DNA from: Monocercomonoides exilis PA203 | Lineage: Eukaryota; Protista; Preaxostyla | Assembly (NCBI GenBank): GCA_001643675.2 | Contig: LSRY02000006.1 | Span: 434,001 to 498,000, forward strand | Direction: 5' to 3' | Length of the DNA: 64,000 bases | Shown here: piece by piece, positions 24,701-32,950 of the stretch | How the letters are laid out: every line of letters starts with the position of its first letter | Position numbering within the stretch: position 1 is the first letter of the stretch | Translations under genes and position numbers: made by a program | Notes under the pieces: model-generated | Told to the model about the DNA's origin: nothing | Seen by the model: the letters and a program-made list of their open reading frames with translations, nothing else | The model's database searches: none

Positions 24701-26473
24701 GTGAACCACAGACAGATCGCTTGCACACAATTTCCCTGTTACAACACAGAATAGACTCAATCCATTTCCCTCAAATTTTGTTTCAATGATAGAGCCAGAT
24801 GAAGAAACACCATTCACAGAAATTGCTTTCTCCCCAACATCAACTCCTTTTCCTTCCACAACTGTTCCAGAAAGCACTTTGATTTCTTCAACAAACCCAG
24901 AAATCATTTGGGACAAGCAATGGCTGATTGATAAGCATGCACAACTTTCATTCAATCCACAGCTGAATGTGTCTTTCGCGTTCTCTTGACTCTCCTTTGA
25001 AGCAACAAATCTGCTTCTTCCACCATTGTTCGGCAACCATCCACTTTTATCACCATTTGCATAATATCTCACTCCTTCTGTTCTTGTTGAATAACACCAC
25101 ACAAGTTGAGAATCTGCTAAGTCATCATTTACAAATACGTCATTACCATATGGTGCTGAGTTATTGTGGAAAAAGCAAAACCACACAAGATTTCCATGAT
25201 ATTGATTTGTCATAATACTTAATGCCCCGCCTCTCCAATCTGTTCGGCATCCTTGAAAAAGGCAATTACGGGAAACAACTTTATCTCTCGCACCCCAATT
25301 AAACAATCCCCCTCCATCGGAACTTGTGGCACTGTGGCAGCTACAATTTTGGAATAAACAATTCAATACGCTATCATTTGTATTTGTTGTTTTTGAACTC
25401 CAAATTCCAAGTCCACCACCATCATTTTCCGACCATCCATCCTTGAAGAAGCAATTCTCAATTCTCGCTTGAATATGCAATACATCAATTTCAACGCCAG
25501 CTCCTCCACAGTCTTCCGATGATGCACAGAAACACCCATCAAATGTTGAATGCTTAACTGTGCATTCTCCAATGTTCAAAGCATATATTCCACCACCTCT
25601 TGTGGATGTCGCATTGCATTTCACAAATGATGAATTCTCAACTGTCAGTGTTGCACTTGAATTATCGTGGACATAAAGCGCTCCTCCACAAGGTGCAGAA
25701 CATCCATTCCATTCCGCATTCACATACGATTGATTTTGTGTTGTTTCATTTCGCTCAGTGTTTTTCATCTTCCAATCCACTCTTTCGCTTTGGAGGAATG
25801 TGCAATTGCTGCAGGAAAAGGAAGCAGATCCTTCTGTTCCTCCCACAACTCCTCCCTCCAGCACATTCATCGAACTCTTGATCCTGCAATCTTCCAGTAT
25901 GCTTGCCTTCATCATTGTTCTTTCTTTCATCCCTTCTTCGATGAAATATCTTTGAGTGATGTTGTCGAACTCACAGTGCCTGATTGCTTCAAATCCTCCT
26001 TCGCCACTTCTCAAAAAGCTTCCTTTCCCACAAAATCCAACATTTCTCCACTTGCTGTCGCTCACCAGCAACGATGCACTTTCTTTCCCCATGAATGCAA
26101 CACTCTTCACCTTTGAAAGCTCTCCATTGTCTTTCAATGAAACATTCTTCAAATTCAACGCTCCCATCACCATTATCATGTTTGAAGATGCCGCACTCAG
26201 CCATCCAATCTGGCTGCAGCTGATGCTCAAAGTCGAATGTTCGTCAACATGCGATGATCCACTCCAAGACGTCTGTATTATCGATAGGCCTCCAAGCTCC
26301 ACTGATGAGTTCTTCAGACTCCATTTATTCTCCACAATGCTCAGCTGCAATAGACTTCCGCTTCCTTTCATTTCAGCAATTTGGCTTTTGATGCTTTTTT
26401 CATCTCTCTTGTAACTCTTTCCGCTGCAGACAACTGCCAAAATAAAAAGAAAGCAGCCAGCAATATTTCTCAT
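18728..26473 (-). CDS. Full-length intronless receptor-like pseudokinase (~2581 aa): signal peptide, ~2100-aa Cys-rich right-handed beta-helix (pectin-lyase/Pmp-like GGA/GGG repeats) ectodomain, TM, kinase C-lobe remnant
   Basis: ATG 26473 gives the signal peptide MRNIAGCFLFILAVVCSG. Repeated F..C.A...GGA(L/I) motifs, TM IWPIIVIIMAFVLLIILIIAVIFIV-RWRK, and LRWKAPELL...FSIGMMLWECLT..IPF...RRPS. Confidence 0.88.
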   Translation of the reverse strand: MRNIAGCFLFILAVVCSGKSYKRDEKSIKSQIAEMKGSGSLLQLSIVENKWSLKNSSVELGGLSIIQTSWSGSSHVDEHSTLSISCSQIGWLSAASSNMIMVMGALNLKNVSLKDNGELSKVKSVAFMGKESASLLVSDSKWRNVGFCGKGSFLRSGEGGFEAIRHCEFDNITQRYFIEEGMKERTMMKASILEDCRIKSSMNVLEGGVVGGTEGSASFSCSNCTFLQSERVDWKMKNTERNETTQNQSYVNAEWNGCSAPCGGALYVHDNSSATLTVENSSFVKCNATSTRGGGIYALNIGECTVKHSTFDGCFCASSEDCGGAGVEIDVLHIQARIENCFFKDGWSENDGGGLGIWSSKTTNTNDSVLNCLFQNCSCHSATSSDGGGLFNWGARDKVVSRNCLFQGCRTDWRGGALSIMTNQYHGNLVWFCFFHNNSAPYGNDVFVNDDLADSQLVWCYSTRTEGVRYYANGDKSGWLPNNGGRSRFVASKESQENAKDTFSCGLNESCACLSISHCLSQMISGFVEEIKVLSGTVVEGKGVDVGEKAISVNGVSSSGSIIETKFEGNGLSLFCVVTGKLCASDLSVVHNSSFENNRQCRLFEVKGSGSMDVKRMNISMDAAHSEERSIQNSLVKIDDGELKMQDVIWGQTFVTTSLISVPQESSVTLSLDNCVFSNIVRTTAGSSLMSVGEVPFSITFEGCTIDGCGNEYCDFGGGMIVELGSGNSLNVKGGIVKNCYASTTQGRGGGIGLKVRDTNADFLISSAFEGNRARWGSDIFADSIDLESTATSEKITSLTASFDTKSKMQGYENGDESFSIPLCIYLWNNFSGSAFVGGGSSSHDFSKCGYEEFPCSTIAKAASVHFEGKKKDVALLEPFAFEDELRLTSNEWSIKGKVGKIKCDVSDQKEGAQRGLIENTITASVIGIVFSMKKSLTFHERVFECCSGKLKLNECGMEGGTEAISTVLVKAIGGVVEVSEFATKNMKIGDSSVFVVEGNAESVPSMNMTKSDFEEITFGDGCVVECRKGIIEEMSGCTFSSVSRSKGSGGCIRVVNNENDDDGRDYKVEINDCTFEGCAVEEEGTEIGGGALFYEASTYTNLLMKECKFYCCRAPYEGERVGYGGGIMLKILKEEEGKAGFVISSPVFSSDKPNNAKYGKDLFISSPSLASSVKNETLPFVKDRLEILTEDSMRGYDGGNMECAIPLIYFWKAIESSVYVAREGNNVVVCGLEEYPCGSVDYGVKRGSNLGIESIAIQGLCDVRNETCMSGMILKGTNMKSDKIQFAQALEGNSGAVVECKGIVQFKEVGILIPSSFDNGASILIQTSSDAIKTSIVCCSIHMSDNVEGEVSFVLISAKKGIVEIEKTKMTGFSTMHEIMSLSADCVITMSDVAFEDISLIGKSAIAMSESVIFKSGNDNSEEIWNIVFEQCTFMNVKHSVSNNPSLLCCDVPNEVRLKMENSTIDECGSTNSNEGGGMFFLLNEKGSLEMNHTNVTDCFCSNNGRGGGLFLKSMSATQKALSFVLSNISFRGNVALKGRDVFVKCTDLDSQISESQFLINFGEPFVKDLAIWGCTVNDYVDEEDLLGRVYVFRSEFIFVSSIVGNNSDSKNCGEMKGACSSLNVGVGHIIPSDYSQLLIWNETTLTGSCSAQKVTIKSMEVSRNAEIKMNEIDLADEGAMTTSDSVRIEKVAFVFDEMKNIFCSCLIRQLNGSVVLESVSFLPESRTTENSQALFDFSLIVVESGICEVDRCNVDNLKILKPVFMILNSERATFEELTICNAQCTSSVINCVKSEKIRISKLAATNITLQGECSISISHDPSFSLSLLHSSFEHISRTASDACIVHLSNMRSAFEMFNCSICDCTSDSEKGSQVTISSSNNVLMELCTFEGNTISKAEEMNGSTDMICQWNGSIVDFTRSEVFLKESTIKNSSEGGLSVRGGNVVIEKGEFANNNPSIGKYPSARRNILCSDSAQLNIISLKGGDGVYPNSSMWIQNDGCSLMGIVEERASPLFIPTLRSVETEEKEGVLDVVFRGTLLLPCNLSFRVVSSVGDVEQMETHEISESGFVSEEEVHGTTGLEMVRGAEASAEVRVCILFGDGHSPSATESFILKNRSEVESKGDERIVEGGKEGKSIWPIIVIIMAFVLLIILIIAVIFIVRWRKQKRRTEELEIIVEDTVKKDPKAFEMVTMEMSPEEQWRRAEEEAEKKNEERIKKRVYGKQMQHSESSEHLLSECGSTEYILGRDSDKIPQWALEKVDEKEEEEEETRKRTPSPSISSTLTADSDSTFVQREDLCPTTSSMSNLVDAMACSSPHEKLIVDLRDSLFMLLHGRNKTKEMPIGSLKEREQTASQILFWVANGALHSFDEMENKLQSLSSLSPHIVLFSEHMVICIVMHSDLLSDDDSDSSSISSSTIVTSASDNDDDDDSLPSSAFEDEDDFKKECLRWKAPELLINKKMGATKESVAFSIGMMLWECLTLKIPFGDYEAEVAGQKIVNGERPMLDGVMQTPLLEIIKNCLSNHVSRRPSLNDLKRVFIQRFPESAQVLTMSDAVDYELVSEKHGNKESGDAETSFVSF

Positions 26474-28729
26474 TTTCTGCTTCCAAATAATGGGTGGATC
26501 ACCCACACAAAAATTATTTATTACTTCTGCTAAAAAAAAGCGACAAATGAAATTCCGAGAAGCACGTTATCTTGTCAAAGCCATTTAAATAGCGAAACAA
26601 AATATTCTGCGTTTGTAACTTTATTCCAGGACAATGGGAAAATCAAATCTTTTTGAGCATTCTTCATTCAATCATTGCCAGTCGAACAACGCATTCAACA
26701 AAGACCATATTAATGTGGATAAGAAAAATTCATTGATCTGCTTTTTACAAAACGTCCATTGAATTAAAATATCAAACAAAAAAAGAACAAAAAATAATCA
26801 AAGGAAATTGAGAAAATAAAAAAGAAAAAGAAAAATATGAAACAATTCGAAAACAAATCCTTGAAGCAACCCAATTCGAGAGAAAAAATAAAAAGTTATC
26901 AATGTTCGTCACTGCTTTTCATTTGCAACGATTCAAATTGTTCCAATTCCATTTTCACAAATTTCTTGCTTTTTCTTTGATAGTTTCGAAAATACCTCAA
27001 AAGCACTTAAAATGTGTCGACATCTGTATTTGCCGAATGCAGCATATATTGAACACATTTATTGAACCGAAAGTTACAGGCGATAGGACATTTGCAACTT
27101 TTTGAAATGGCTTTCAGAGTGGAGCAAAGAATCAGTAAAGCAAATAAAACTGCGTTCGCTTCAAGTCAAATAATAGTCGTGTTTGGTGTTTCCAAAAAGA
27201 TGCATAAATTCACTTAATATTCATGAAATTGTTTTGGTATCTTGTTCTTCTGGTTTTTGTGTTGTAGTTGTGTATCATCGAGAATTAGCAAATCAATAAA
27301 ATTGGAATCCCTGCAACAAATGAAACAGTAAATTCAAATGAAAAGATACACACCATGCAACACATTAAATTTTCATCACTTTTCAGAAGTTACTGAATCA
27401 GTTCTCAGTTTCTGCTGCAAGAACAGGCACGTTTCGAAAAGATAAAAAATACTCCTCTTCACAAACATTTGACAATCTCAAAGCATGCATCACATAAAGA
27501 ACATGAATTAGGTTTTTTTTCATCAAAAAGTGACTTGCATGTTTTCCTCCTTTCTCTCGAGTATTTTGTCAATTATCATTTTTTTCTGAAAAGAGGAAGA
27601 AATGTTGGGCAATAAACGAAAATGGAAAATGCGTTATCCGGACAGATGACGGCTTCATCAACGTGCCAACTGCTGCACTGTCATTCCAAAAAGTGTTGCA
27701 ACACTTATGCAAGGATGCACACAATTTGAGACAGGTTTGCGTGGAATGCTGATTGTTTTTATTGATTTTGTTGTTTTTTCGCTTTGGCAGCGTCTTTTCT
27801 GTTGTCTTTGAAAAAGAGCAAATGAAACATGTGTTGCATTATTTTGTGACATCTGTTCGTTGGGTCATTATGGCATTTAAGTTTTTTGGATTTTGTGCAG
27901 AAAACAAGACAAATAAAGCACGAATTGCCCTTCTGAGCCTTGAACTCTGGCATTGCAAGATCTGCAGAAGGATTTGTGTTGCATCGAATGATTTCGTTGC
28001 GAAAGGTGTTATATTGGGCAGAGATGCTCAATGGAGGAATTCTTTATTTGACGGAGCAAAACTCTGTTTTTATAAATCTTCTCCTTTGTCTGCTGAGACA
28101 ATGGAGCAATTGCAAATAAATTCTACTGTTGAATTGAGGTCAGGTGCATTAATGGTGAATTGTTTGTTTCTTTCAGTTACGAATAACTGTTTTTAGTTTA
28201 TCTGAATTATTTTTTATCAACGCATTTCTCATCATTTGGCCAGGTTCGATAAAACGCACTAGCTTCGGGGTTCTCGTTTCGTATCGCATGTTAATGGATA
28301 TCCACTTTTCTTGGCTTCGATTTGAAAGCAGTTATTCAATCCTTTTGTGATGATATGGAATCCAAGGTTGATGAAATGGATGTGAAAATGAAGCAATGGA
28401 GTGGTTTGCAGAGCATCGCTGCGAGAAGGTTGTGAAGAGGCATTCTCTGTATGAAGTTGTGAAATGCATTTGTAGCGATATTTAGAAAAGTTCAATTAGG
28501 AAAAGAATTGATGGCGCAGAGTTTGGAGGCTGGCAATTTTATTTTGGAAGGAATGGAAAGGCAAAGAAATTGAAGAGTTGTGAAAGGAAAGATAACTATG
28601 CATGATGCAATGAGAAAAAGGAGCAAATGATCGGAAAAGCAATGGAGATGAGCAAAAGGAACAGCGCCAAGACATATAATGGATGAATAATCAGAAAATG
28701 ATCTGCTGCATCATTTGATATCATTTTGT

Positions 28730-29630
28730 TCAGCTGAAGGAATCATCGATGACAATTGCAACTGATGCAATTCTGATGGCTGGGTCAGCTGGGAAATGAG
28801 CGGGAAAATCTCTTTTGAGCAGAAGAAGAGACAGATGCTCGGATGGTGAAGGGAATGCGCAATTCTATGTGGGCTTTCGGAAAGTGGGGCATCTGAGAAC
28901 TGTCAAATTCGATTTTTTGCCAATTGCAATCTTCAACCCAGCAAACTCTGCCTCATGCGCACCAAACTGAATCTGGAGAACCAGGCACTCTCACAGCATC
29001 ATCACAACTGAAAGCACAGTCATCTTCTTCTTCATTGCATGCATCTTTGTTCCATTCATCAGTTCTGTTGCCATCAACCTTGAGCACTTTTTCCAATTGT
29101 TTGAGTCATCTTCAAGTATAGATGGAAGAGAGAGGCAAGTCTGTCAAATCCTCCCTCTTTGCTGAAATATCAGACAAAGAAGAACCAGTCGTTAATGAAG
29201 AGAAGAATGATGAATCAGAATCAGAAGAGCAGTCGGAGTGCATGGTGATGCGTATTCTCATATGTTGGAAAAAAAAGCACTTCGAAAAAGTTTAAATTAG
29301 TTGAAAACAAATGTTTTTCGTCATCGCTGCGGAACGAAGAGGAACACGTCATTCGTCATCCAGACTATTTCATGGATGCATATCATCTCCCCATTTCTTC
29401 CAGTGATACGATATATGTGTATTTTGTTAGTAGCCTCTTTCTCTTTCTCCATTTTCCTCCATTGCTAATTTGGCGATATGCCCAAACCACAATTTCGATT
29501 TCTTTCATATCATTTCTCGCTGTTGCATAAACGGTCTGTTCAAGATCTTCTGCTCATTCTTTGCCATCTTCCTCATGAAAGCAAACTTACCAAACAGAAT
29601 GAGAAATGATCCAATAAACACTCAGCAGGC
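28730..29630 (-). pseudogene. Decayed, internally deleted copy of the receptor-pseudokinase 3' half (TM-proximal part and kinase C-lobe)
   Basis: Broken translation FQHMRIRITMHSDCSSDSDSS...PSILEDDSNNWKKCSRLMATELM...VMML*ECLVLQIQFGAHEAEFAGLKIAIG...LLKRDFPAHFP aligns with FSEHMVICIVMHSDLLSEDSDSSS...PSSAFEDEDDFKKECLRWKAPELL...GMMLWECLTLNIPFGEYEAEVAGQKIVNG. A KNE(A)EDL-like and SP..QWRK remnant lies at ~29440-29570. Contains frameshifts and an internal stop. Confidence 0.85.
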
Positions 29631-30213
29631 AAAAATTAAGATTTGTTGAAAAAAGCAGAAATGGCTCGTTTAATCTTGTTTGTTTTTTCGACTGAATTTT
29701 TTTTCCTTAAATTTTCAAAAAGAATTGTTTTTTATCAGAAAAAGAATGATTGTGGCTGTTTTTATTTTTCATTATTTATTTGGCAAATCTTTTCGACTTT
29801 TCAATTTTCCAAAGTTTTCATTCAAAACAAAATGAAAATAAGAATGTTTTTGTAAAACCGTTGAAACAACAATCTTCAGAAAATAATGCAATCACCGGGC
29901 ATTTTGCAAATTAATCAAAAGTGTTTGAACACAAACAATTCTAGAAGTGAATTATGTTAATGGAGAAACAAATGATGAGTGATACTTATTGAAATCATAT
30001 TTTTCCGTTTTATTTTTTGATTCGAAAATTTGTTAAACAAAACAAGAAGATGAGTTCAAATAAAGAATCTTTTAAGTTGTGTGGTTCGTCATTTTTCGTT
30101 TGTGTGAATCAAAGTTTTTAGTGATATTGGCAATGCATAGAACATTTATTATTGAATAATCCATTCCATTTGAACAAAGTTTGTTGTGAGTCAAACTGTG
30201 AATAAAATGAATA

Positions 30214-30253
30214 GGGTTGTCATTTAACCCCAACCCATTTTTTTGTTCTGACC
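30214..30253. repeat. Left terminal inverted repeat
   Basis: GGGTTGTCATTTAACCCCAACCCATTTTTTTGTTCTGACC, preceded by TA. Confidence 0.88.
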
Positions 30254-30308
30254 CAAATTTTTGAAGTGAAAAATTTTGAAAAATTTAAAAAAAAATACAA
30301 AAGAAGAA

Positions 30309-31877
30309 TCAATTCTTCGAATTATCTTTTTTTCCTGGATTTCTTTGCATCTCTTCGTTTTCCTCTTCGTTTGGGTCATCAAAAATAACGTCAGAGCGTT
30401 TTCTTTTGATTTTAGGCTTGAATTCAACGATTTCATCTTTTTCGTTTTCCTTCTCTTGTTTCAAATCTTTTTCATTCTCTATCTCTTCATTAATCCCCAA
30501 AAATCTTTCCCAATCGTTGAGAAGTTCTTTTTAAGTGATTAACTTTCCTTAATAATCAAAACGGTTACGATGGGAAGGAAGATGGTATTTTGATGTTTCT
30601 GGTGGTTTGCGAAGAACCGGACCGAATGTATAATGAAGGATTCCGCTTTGTTAAAAAGCTTTTTTAATGACAGAAGGAGTGAAAGCGGAGTGAATTGCTT
30701 GAGGAAGCACTTCGACAAGTGCTTTTCTTGAAGCGGACGATGAAGCAGATGATGGAACATCAAATGATGAAGAAATAGAAGTTTTGAGAATTGCAAATAC
30801 TCCTCTATCAAGTGGCTGAGACAAATGAGTACTGTGGGGGATGAATTTTACGACATCTATGTTATTTTCTGAGAAAGTTTTCCAAATTGAAGGATCACCG
30901 CGTAAAGGATGAGAGTCGATGAAAAGAAGACATTTCTCTGTTTCCAGTGACATGCGCTTTCTTCTTTCTATGATGAAAGGGAGAAGAACTGTTTCTGCAT
31001 ATTTTTTGAAATTTAGCTTGTCCATCCAGCCACTTTTATTGGGCCAGATGTCCAGAGTTGGAGAGAGAAGAGGCTTCAGTTCGTCCGGTTGTTTAACACT
31101 TGGCCAGAGAATGATGCAAGGCAATGGATTACCATCTGCTACCACGGCAGCAACAAGTGCTGCATTGTTCATTCTTTGTGCTTCTTTGCAATATTCAGCG
31201 CTTTGTGCAGATGGATGAATAAATTCAAAATTCGCAGCAGATGGTACACGTAAAGAAGATTCATAAACATTATATATTAATGAAGGTGTTCAGTGATTTT
31301 TTTCGTATAATTTTGTAATCATGTCATACCAAGGCTTCATCACACTCTTGCAGGAAACAGCCAGCCGATTTATGTCCAAACTTTTTGGTTTGCTCTTTTT
31401 CAACTCAGGATGCCGCTTCAAAAACAAAGAAGCTGCAGCATTTGAAACCTTGAAATATGGCTCGTTTTCGTCTTTTGTGTCATTTTATAATTTTTCCATC
31501 TAAAAAAATAACAAAATTAAAATACAAAAAGTGAACAAACTTATTCTCTTGTTTTCTTCATTGTTAATCTGCTTCCACAAATAGAATCAAATTAGATTTC
31601 ATCCAGAACTGTTTCTTCTTTCTCTTTGCTGATTGCCTGCGATCTCCCTGGTTTTCCAACTTGCCTTTTAGTTCGCAACGCCCGAACAACGTTTTTAATA
31701 CAGCTGCGGCTGAATTGCTTAGAATTGATGGCGTCCGTGATCCTGACGACGCCATCATACACAATATGTGCCATTCGTTCAAGTTTATTCTTGTATTATC
31801 TGTATTGAAAAGATAACATGGCATGCTTTAATTTAGTCTGCCCTGCTTTTCTTTTTTTCTTCAACGAGTATTTTCAT
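30309..31877 (-). pseudogene. Pogo-family transposase pseudogene (N-terminal HTH, CENP-B-like HTH, DDE_1 domain) with one intron at 31500-31540
   Basis: Motifs FSRSCIKNVVRALRTKRQVGKPGRSQAISKEKE, LFLKRHPEL, LIYNV(Y)ESS (first catalytic D now Y), ADGNPLP, NKSGWM, LLFIDSH, then 35 residues to the D of PHSTHLSQPLD-RGVF. Eight internal stops and an apparent 1-nt frameshift just after ATG 31877. Confidence 0.88.
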
Positions 31878-32030
31878 TTTTTATTTTATGGTTTTGATCT
31901 TATTTTCATTTTTTTCAAAAAAATTGTATTTCAAAATAAAATATACATATATTTTGAATGAACAAAGTGGCCTTATACCTCTTGAAACCAACAAATTTCT
32001 CGTGGAAGCTTGATGGAAGGTTCAAACCCA

Positions 32031-32051
32031 CCCCCCCCCCCCCCCCCCCCC
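32031..32051. repeat. C21 homopolymer inside the transposon, upstream of the transposase
   Basis: Read directly; strongly anomalous in this AT-rich context. Confidence 0.9.
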
Positions 32052-32183
32052 GCAATATACCCCCATGAGAAATAGGCTTCATTTCAAAATACATTTTAAA
32101 CATTCAATATAGATTCCTTTTATACAAATAATCAAGTTATTATATCAAAAAGTGGGATATGAAACTTTTGAAATAAGAAAAAA

Positions 32184-32223
32184 GGTCAGAGTAAAAAATA
32201 AGGTGGGGGTTAAATAATAACCC
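32184..32223. repeat. Right terminal inverted repeat
   Basis: Reverse complement is GGGTTATTATTTAACCCCCACCTTATTTTTTACTCTGACC; followed by TA. Confidence 0.88.
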
Positions 32224-32950
32224 TAACCATATATGAATGTTTGTTTTTTGTGTTGATGATTTTTCTCACAAGAGCAATATTCACAAATCATAATTTGATA
32301 TCTATTCATTGAATCCAATTTAAGATTTTCTTATCAAAATTTAATGCTTTGGCTTCATTTCATCGATATTGCGTTTTAATTTGCCTAACTATTTGTATGT
32401 GTTCAATATTTAACGTAAAATGAAATTTTTTTTCCCCCTGTTTTATATGATTTAAGTTTTGTAATCTGAAAATAAATTTGTTTTCGCTCAAATGAAATGC
32501 ATGAAAATGAAAACAGAAAAGAAACATTGAAAAAAGAAAGTAATTTAATACGTGCTTTGTAAGTTTTGCAGATAAAGCAGAAAGGCCAAGGTCAATTGCA
32601 TGAAACAAATATACAATGCTTCACATTTTCAGATGATATTTAAGATAATTACGTTATTTTCTATTTTACAAATATTTCACATAGCAAACAATATTTTTCA
32701 AAGAAATAATATTCAATTGATGATATAGTCAAAGAACTTCAAGAGATATATGATAGCAAATTTTTAGAATGCATACCACCCAACGAAGAAATTGAGAAAT
32801 CTTTTCAAAATAGATCAACAAAAAGCTTTATGCGACAAATGTTGATAATACCTAAAAAATTATAACTATTTTATAATTGTCTACGCTTTGATTACAATAA
32901 ATTCAAGTTATGAATGTAATGATATTCATCCACAGAAATCAGTAAACACA

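Larger units (their letters stand above)
30214..32223 (-). mobile_element. pogo/Fot1-like (Tc1/mariner superfamily) DD35D DNA transposon, 2010 bp, full length but inactivated
   Basis: 40-bp imperfect TIRs at 30214-30253 and 32184-32223 (32/40 matches), each flanked by TA (30212-13 and 32224-25). The interior encodes a DDE_1-type transposase. Confidence 0.9.

Noticed and set aside
27500-28330. 147-aa ORF 27753-28196 and surrounding coding-like DNA
   Set aside because: It may be another decayed gene fragment, but I could not align it convincingly to anything in the window.
30224-32213. TTAA-CCC...GGG-TTAA ends suggesting a piggyBac element
   Set aside because: The inverted repeat extends 14 bp further out to TA dinucleotides and the transposase is pogo-type DD35D, so the TTAA is internal to the TIR.
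32630-32860. Short coding-like + strand patch (IDDIVKELQEIYDSKFLECIPPNEEIEK)
   Set aside because: Short, stop-interrupted and without recognisable homology.
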